DNA of 59,268 nucleotides, the filler included, from Bipalium vagum (taxonomy: Eukaryota), in NCBI GenBank assembly GCA_037834085.1. It is 3 parts of 3 records of this genome, joined end to end, with 100 filler letters (N's around TTAATTAATTAA, not from the genome) between each part and the next. Parts side by side here need not be neighbours in the genome. Positions count along the whole stretch, not along the records: positions 43,554 to 59,268 come from JBBMKC010140784.1; 2 more parts are not named here. One strand, written 5' to 3'. The position numbers and the translations under genes were made by a program. Of the stretch, positions 52,320 through 59,268 are shown in pieces (position 1 is the first letter of the stretch; each line of letters begins with the position of its first letter). Below the pieces are notes generated by a model. The model did not search any database, was not told the DNA's origin, and saw nothing but the letters and a program-made list of their open reading frames with translations.

Positions 52320-52520
52320 TATTGTTATAAATGTAAATAGAGTATATTTGACTATGAATTCTAAATGTCGTAAGATATGTCTAGTATTGGCGATGATGTC
52401 TTAAAGGAGACAACAACATAAAAATGGTTTGCAAAAATTTTGAATGGTGATGAGTCAATTAAAAGTACAACACACTCTAGGAAACCAGCAGACATCAATG
52501 ACGAAGAATGAGTCTCACAT
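52320..52520 (+). mobile_element. mariner N-terminal fragment
   Basis: KWFAKILNGDESIKSTTHSRKPADINDEE. Confidence 0.55.
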
Positions 52521-53539
52521 TCATCAACAAAGGAGAACAGGCTTCATAGACTATGGTGTAACACTATTTTTAGATTTTTTGCTTACTTGAAATCCTTTTA
52601 TAAAAATATTCATCCAAACTAATTGTTTGAACCACATCTTTAAATAATAATTATTTTTGATTTTTTATTATTATCAGAAAAAATTATTATTATTATTATA
52701 CAGTAACCTAACCATTTCATCCTAAAGTTGAGAAAATTTTCCTTTTTCAATCTTGAAAGTAACAACAACAAAAGTTGAAACACGAGAATATTTGAGTGTC
52801 ATTTTGTAACTATCCAAATTCATAGGGATACGTTGATTTAGCTCATTAAACAAATTCGTGACGGTGGCTTAATGTTTAATTTATAAAATTCCCATAATTT
52901 TCCAATGTGAATGTGCCTGAATTATTTTTCAGGATTTTTATTTATTGCATCAACTGAAATAGTCAATTTATATCTAAATAAATTTAAAAAAAAGGAAAGG
53001 ATGAAGTTTCAAAATTAAAAGTTATAATAAAAAACAAAAGTTGATCTTGTCCTCGTCAGCATCAATCACATTCTCTACATTCCAATTTTTTTAAGCCAAG
53101 ATTTTACAAAATAACATTTTTTCTCCAATGACCAACATTAAAAGTTGTAGCGCATGTTCTGTTATGTTACGTTTATAGAATTCATTTCTTCACGCAATTG
53201 GGAAAGTGCTTAGCAAAGCAAAAGCTTTCAGAGACGACTAAAATGTAACCTTTTCAATTCAACTGCAATTCCAGAAGCCATGGTGGTGCACAAATTGAAA
53301 ATCGATAAATAAGATTCTTAGAAAACCTTTTATTCAATTAATCAATCAAACCATAAAAGAAAACTATACTTCAATATAAAATATTTTGAATAAAATTCTT
53401 ACATAAAAGACAGGTCGATATTGAATGTAACGATAAAAGTAGTGACAATAAATAAAAGATACTAGATCTACAAAACAGATGAACAGTTGATGGTACCATT
53501 CAAAATGCAGCTGTCTCAAATGCAAGTCTCTTTCGACAG

Positions 53540-53679
53540 CCAAATAATAATGTGATAATAATAATAATCAATAATGATAATAAAAATAATAATGATTAAT
53601 AATATTAAAAATTAATAAAAATAATAGTTATCAGTAATAAATAAAAATAATCAATGATCAGAAATAATTATAATAATCA

Positions 53680-53726
<47 letters not shown>

Positions 53727-53760
53727 TAATAGTAATAATCAATAATAGTATAATCAATAG
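53540..53760. repeat. (AAT)n microsatellite / low-complexity tract
   Basis: Seen directly; perfect run at ~53682-53725. Confidence 0.85.
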
Positions 53761-54182
53761 TAAAATAGTCGATGACAATCATCAATGTCCATCGAACGAC
53801 AGCAATTGATATAGTCAACCAGGATAACCCTTCGAAGACACGAGCCAGAGTCTCAAACACCAGAATTAAGTTAAAAATAAAAACTAACAAATAAACTCTA
53901 TGAACCCCAGTATTATTGTACATCTCTGTAGTAATAATAATTTTATTGCCCAAATCAGTCGCAAATATCAAAATGACGAAATTGCAAGTTCTGCTCAAAT
54001 AAAATTCTTTCTAGACCTAAAAAATGAGTGAATATTGCCCCATCAGAACAGTGCAATTCAGCAGACCAGATAAATTATTCAATATCGATTATGTATTACG
54101 TTGTACAATCATTAATGATTTTCCATGAGGATTTTCTCTATTGAAAAAAGCCCAGGGGAAATTCGAGTTTCAGTATCACCAA

Positions 54183-54308
54183 TCACTGATGCTTGGGAAT
54201 TGGAATAGAAGGATTCGTAGGAGGCGGCGAGGAAGGGTTTGACGAGGACGACCCGAGCACTATTGTATCGGTTTTCCGTCGACTTTTGCTCTTCCTCAAC
54301 ATGATTGC
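54183..54308 (-). CDS. dgkq: diacylglycerol kinase theta, terminal exon
   Basis: cttccag|GCA encodes AIMLRKSKSRRKTDTIVLGSSSSNPSSPPPTNPSIPIPKHQ*. Follows a 65-nt intron. Confidence 0.75.
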   Translation of the reverse strand, partial: AIMLRKSKSRRKTDTIVLGSSSSNPSSPPPTNPSIPIPKHQ

Positions 54309-54373
54309 CTGGAAGTGAAAAAGTCAATCAACCGTGTCTTTATTGATTGCTACGAAAATCGTTTCGCACGTAC

Positions 54374-54472
54374 TCGTAAAGCGGACTTAAGCACGGTTAT
54401 TTGACCGGGTGATTGAATAAATGGTTCTCCATCCACTTGAACCGGTAAATCATTTTTCAGAGTTAATTTCAG
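54374..54472 (-). CDS. dgkq: DGK-theta exon (accessory domain end)
   Basis: tttag|CTG...CGA|gtacgt. Encodes LKLTLKNDLPVQVDGEPFIQSPGQITVLKSALR. Confidence 0.92.
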
Positions 54473-55177
54473 CTAAAGGTTAAATGAATCAATGATAACA
54501 GTCCCAAATCACAACACGAATAATTTATACATATAAAGTTTGGTACATTTATCGGAAGTCGATAGTAAAATTTTTCTATTTTCTTTCATTTTCCAAAATT
54601 TTAAATGTTATCGACATTAAATAAATGAAAAATTTATTTCTTCATTTGAGACCGTCCCTGAATCTCGTTTCTCGTTTCTTCTTTATTATTAGAATTTTTT
54701 GATAAGTTACAGGGTTCTAAATTTGCTCGATAACATGTAATTCTTTGGATAGCTGGTCAGCAGAAATCTGATATTGAATTCCATTTCTTTGCTAAGAGGG
54801 GAGAAGACTGTTGAAAGAAGACAGTAATGTCGAGGGTCTACATAAAAATTATTAAAATCCTTACAGATCTCAGATTCGTCGATAAAAGAAGGAAAAACTA
54901 TTTTTTATTCCCGTCGGAGAAAATTATTTATACAATGTGGAATGAAAGGAGGAGTCTCAAACTAAGTGTACTACTAAGACAGGATATTTTTTTGATTAGT
55001 AAATGTCTTTATTTATTTTCAAATTTTTCCTTTCTAGGCTTAAGAGTTCATGCATCCTATATATTTTTCGTAATAGTATTACATATAGATATTCGTATTA
55101 AATTATAAAAAATTGGTTTATATAGAGATAGTAACATTATTAAACATATTATTATTAGAAATAGTAATTTATAATAT

Positions 55178-56270
55178 TAGGTTGTTTCGAAATTTTCCGT
55201 GATTTTAATGTTTAATTTTTTATCAAAATAAATATTTTTAATAAAACTTTAAAAAATTGATATCATTCACATTTTAATATTAAGCTATACATATATAAAT
55301 TTTGTTTAAATAAACAAATCATTGTATTTATTTGAATTTATAATTAAAGTAAAATGAATCTAGAAAATCGCAATTCGAGGTTTAATTTGTTATTATTGAA
55401 TTAATGATATTTTTCAATTTCTTATTGAAAAATGGGATTTACTATTGTTGCCATCACAAGCAATATTTATGATATTGATGGAGAAGATATAATTAAGTCC
55501 AAGATTGGTTGAAAATTTTTCAAAACCGAAATACTAGTCTCGAAGATAAGCTTATAAGCAACACCATGGAAAACTTGTGACAAATTATGGCATTCTACAC
55601 GAAGCATTAAATGATCACCCACATGCCTCACACTTGAAACATGTTAAGACGTATTTAGTAGACACCGGAGAAAACTTACAATTATGAGAAACCTAGATTA
55701 GACTCATGTGAATTATCGGAAGGTTCTTGGAAAGTTGTTAATATTATTTAAAGAAATTTTCTCAGACCTAGACATTCCTTTTTTATTAAATTTTAAAAAT
55801 AAATGTATTTTTTAAATTTCATTCATACTTTTAAAATAATAATTAAAAATTCTATAGGCCTGATTATGTCCTACAAATGTCCACTATTGATCTAGCATGG
55901 AATTACAGATGAACAATGGATTTATTCTATTAATCATGGGAAAATGAAATAATTGATGTTACATGGATCATTACATTTGGGAAAAAGTAATGATAAATGT
56001 TTGGTGGAATTATGAAGGTGTGATTTATTTTGAGCTCTTATTACATGGCAGTGCGGTTAATGCTGATCTTTACTATAAATTACTTAACAGCGTTAATAAA
56101 ACTTTGAAAAGAAAATATCTAAGCTTAATCAATAGAAAGCGACTGCTCCATGTTGAATGATAATCCGTTAGCTCGCCGGGCACGTTTGACGTAAGATAAA
56201 TAACGTAAACATGATAGGACTGAAATTTTTCCTCTTTCACCTTATAGTTCAGACCTAGCACTTAGATTTT
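55178..56270 (+). mobile_element. degenerate mariner in a DGK intron
   Basis: TIR-like TAGGTTGTTTCGAAATTTTCC. Motifs ITDEQWIY, KVMINVWWNYEGVIYFELL...VNADLY, and PYSSDLA. Confidence 0.8.
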
Positions 56271-56516
56271 CCAACTATAGTAGTAAAAGAACAAACAGGT
56301 TAGTCCTGAATTAATAAAATCTCTTATTCTAATAGTGGGATATTCATTGTTTAAAGATCCATTGATATCTCGTCAAATATATATCAATTATCCGTAACAA
56401 AAAATAAGCCTTTTGAATGAAAATTGGTCTTCAAAGACGAAAGAATTGATGTTCGGTAATATTTTGAAAAATTTGATAGTTAAAAGTGAACTATAAAAAT
56501 CAATATGAAATCGAAC

Positions 56517-56838
56517 ATGGCCCGCTTGACAAATTCGAATTCCGTTTCTGATTCCAGAATAAATCTGACCCATATGTATCATGCCTGACACTCCGATAAC
56601 TTCCAGCATTCCATCGTAATGAGTAGGTTTCGTGAATCTGTGTTCCTTTTCCGGACCCCAAGGATTAGCGCCTCCTCCCCAAGACATGATATTAAGTATG
56701 ATCAGACCTTCAATTTGGGGTAAGTCAATAATATGACCATCAGCTTCCAGTACGATTTGTTTGTGCAAATCTTTACACGTCGTCCGATAAACCATTTTCC
56801 TTAAGCCCATTTTGAGATACACTGTTTTGTTATGCATC
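56517..56838 (-). CDS. dgkq: DGK-theta exon (accessory domain)
   Basis: cctag|G...CAT|gttcga. Encodes MHNKTVYLKMGLRK...LPQIEGLIILNIMSWGGGANPWG...DGMLEVIGV...CQAGH. Confidence 0.92.
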
Positions 56839-56940
56839 CTAGGATAATATTAAATGAGCGCGAAACTCAAATGAAAGGATAAATGTGATAAATCACAAAT
56901 GATGGTAACAAAAATGAAATTTTTAAAATTCTAATCATAC

Positions 56941-57144
56941 CGACTGTTGAACTTATTGGGATTTTCGGACCTGGCATTATGAAAATCCAAAGCCAAATCT
57001 GCGTCCAGACCCACACCGAAATAATTGTTCATTATGATTAGCACAGACGAGTCTTCGTTGGTGTTTAAAGAATTGGTTTCAAGTTGAAGAGCCAATTTGG
57101 CTTCATCTTTATCCGGATCGTCAGACTTGACCACTAAAGTCCAT
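56941..57144 (-). CDS. dgkq: DGK-theta exon
   Basis: gtacag|A...CG|gtatga. Encodes RWTLVV...[32 protein letters not shown]. Confidence 0.93.
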
Positions 57145-57920
57145 CTGTACAAAAAGAAATCGTCTTCAAAAATACTCTTCATCTCTGGTTTCCATAAAAT
57201 CTCGAAGAGATGTCTTTCATGTCTTTCAAAACAATAAATGTATCATCAAATGTTAGGACATTGGGAAAATTTGATGTCCATGGTGCATTGATTTACAGTA
57301 TTTATCTGTCAAGAACAGCTTTCAGAAGATGTGTTCGAAAAGATAAGATAAGAAATTCCGATCGAATCTCGGAACATAATATTTAAAAAGAAACAAAGGT
57401 AAACACTATTTGAATTGAAAAAAATTATTTATTTATTATTATTATTATTATTATAAATATTATTATTTATTATTATTATTATTTTTTTTATTATTAATAT
57501 CACTAACAATAATTAACAATGAATAATAAAAAAAGAAAGAAGTTTCCATTTAAAACAGGTTCGGCTGGTATAGGACTAATGGTCAAGAATAACTTTATGA
57601 GAGCTGGAAGAGATTTCAGAAAGAAATTCTTCAAAAAGGCAGACTATTACAAAAGGTCTTTCTCTGTGTGCTCAATAATGCCATGCGAGTGCCACATGTC
57701 TTCATATGACCGCTGGATCTACAAAATACCAACGAAAGTCTATCTATCGATTGTGAACACTAATGTCACTAATTAAAAGGTGATCGATCTATGGTGGTTA
57801 CATCACATTATAATAAAGGAATATTACCACGAGTGATAGATCGCTTTTTCAATATTTTAAAGTTTCCCGCTTCTGCCAATTTTGTCAAATGTTGGGAGAC
57901 AATAATTAACAAATAAATAC

Positions 57921-58384
57921 CTGTCCAGTTTCAGTTCCTCTGCTATCACTACATCTTTAAGTATTGTCAAAGGAGATTCACCAGAGGTATATCCTCCTCC
58001 CCAACGCAGCACTCTCGCCAGATCATTGCCAGTTCCCAGAGGCAAAATAGCAATAGGAGGAGAATTACAAGCTGCGTCTTGGCCCGTATTGTCCAAACAC
58101 GACAGAGTCCAGCCAACAGTTCCGTCGCCACCACAAACCAAAATCTTATAGTTTTTTACTTGACGAAAACAGTAAAGGCCAGGCAGTGGACCGCCGTATT
58201 CGAGATTGAACACCTGGTGAGGGTTGAGTAATTTTCTGAATGAACTAATAAGCTGGGTGCCCTGACAACCTCCGGATTTCAGATTAACGAAAACAAGCAA
58301 AGGAGTGATATCGTCTTCAATCATTCGTGGAATAATTCTCGGTAAAATCATTACCATCAACGGACGGTCTTTGATTTCTGTGTC
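57921..58384 (-). CDS. dgkq: DGK-theta exon (catalytic domain)
   Basis: [25 protein letters not shown] and [18 protein letters not shown]. Splice sites ttccag|GAC and AG|gtattt. Confidence 0.95.
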
Positions 58385-58428
58385 CTGGAATTCAACATTA
58401 CCATCAAAATTTCATCTTATTCAAGAAC

Positions 58429-58797
58429 CTTAAGAATTTCGTAACATATTTCAGCCTTTTCTCCGCAAGTATACGAAAGAACTAGACAGCCACTTTCATA
58501 ATAAATGACCTCGATACTGGTCCATTTGTTCTCGATTCCTAATTTTTCCAAGAGCATTTTCTCGTATACGTTTTGGTTAAGATTTTCAACTAGATTCCCG
58601 ACAAAGATAGCGACTCCGGGACCATGCGGATCCTCTTTAGCCTTCAGATAAAACCTCGTCAGTCTCAGACTTCGGATAGAATCTTTACGAAGTCTCTGAA
58701 TAATGTCCCAAGGGAACTCGTCATTACTAACGAGTCGCTCAGTGACGCATCTGTCTAAACATACTTCTGCCAGTTGGAAATTATTGATATTGAGATG
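58429..58797 (-). CDS. dgkq: DGK-theta exon (end of RA domain plus RRM-like region); not in the ORF track; upstream exons lie beyond the window
   Basis: ttccag|CAT...AAG|gttctt, 123 open codons HLNINNFQLAEVCLDRCVTERLV...SIRSLRLTRFYL...IFVGNL...YEILK. A 44-nt intron separates it from the catalytic exon. Confidence 0.88.
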
Positions 58798-59268
58798 CTG
58801 GAATGTATTGATGTTCAGAAATGTTATAAACCACTGTCAGTGGAGACGCGGTGCAGCAATCAATAACAGGTGAAAATGAATGCATTCAAACAAACCATGA
58901 CAAATTATTTTATTGGCTGTTTTATAATAATAAGCAAAATATTATTTATTAATTATTACTAAAAAAATAATTATTATCATAATTAAAAATAGTTACAGTA
59001 ATAACATCCCATATCTTGAATTATAATTATTTAAGGATCAGTATAATATCACAAGAATTCTTTTTCTAAATGTTCGGAGGATAATACACGGAGATAAATA
59101 TTTTTATTACAGATTTTATAATAAATAATAATTTTATTTCGTAATAAAAATTAGAAAAATTAAAAATATAGCGGGACTTATTGAGTGAAGTGTTTATTTA
59201 AAAAGTTAAATTAAAAACGATAATAAAACTGAGAGTTAATAATATTGATAATACTGATTATTGATAAT

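Noticed and set aside
54112-54327. ORF-track peptide MTFSLPGNHV... as the DGK C-terminus
   Set aside because: Wrong frame; phase-0 splicing from the SALR exon gives AIMLRKSK...KHQ*.

Overview
This is very AT-rich, intron-containing eukaryotic (animal) DNA. Base composition, mariner load and gene style suggest a triclad flatworm, but that is inference. Two identical 100-bp synthetic spacers (44 N + TTAATTAATTAA + 44 N, at 25034-25133 and 43454-43553) split the window into three blocks whose adjacency should not be trusted. By manual splicing I recover five host genes. (1) The first three coding exons of an EGFR-family receptor (- strand, 18858->9038; the gene continues past the left edge). (2) An intronless secreted CUB-LDLa-LDLa-trypsin protease (- strand, 29202-30857). 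(3) The C-terminal exons of a BRSK/SAD kinase (- strand, 41622->~37200). (4) Two catalytic-domain exons of a PDE1 phosphodiesterase (+ strand, 45953-48510; absent from the ORF track). (5) Six 3' exons of diacylglycerol kinase theta (- strand, 58797->54183). Introns and intergenic DNA hold many decayed transposons: about 12 mariner pieces of several subfamilies, Tc1, maT-like, rosa-like, a TIR-bounded IS630/Tc1-like element, hAT, Merlin, a Polinton DNA polymerase B relic, two related LTR gag relics and possible LINE/Penelope scraps. I found no rRNA, tRNA or CRISPR array and no clearly new biological system. The best leads are the atypical protease (Gln at the activation P1, polybasic tail, no introns), probable nesting of DGK-theta inside a PDE1 intron, the Polinton relic, and an antisense prohormone-like ORF in a DGK intron.
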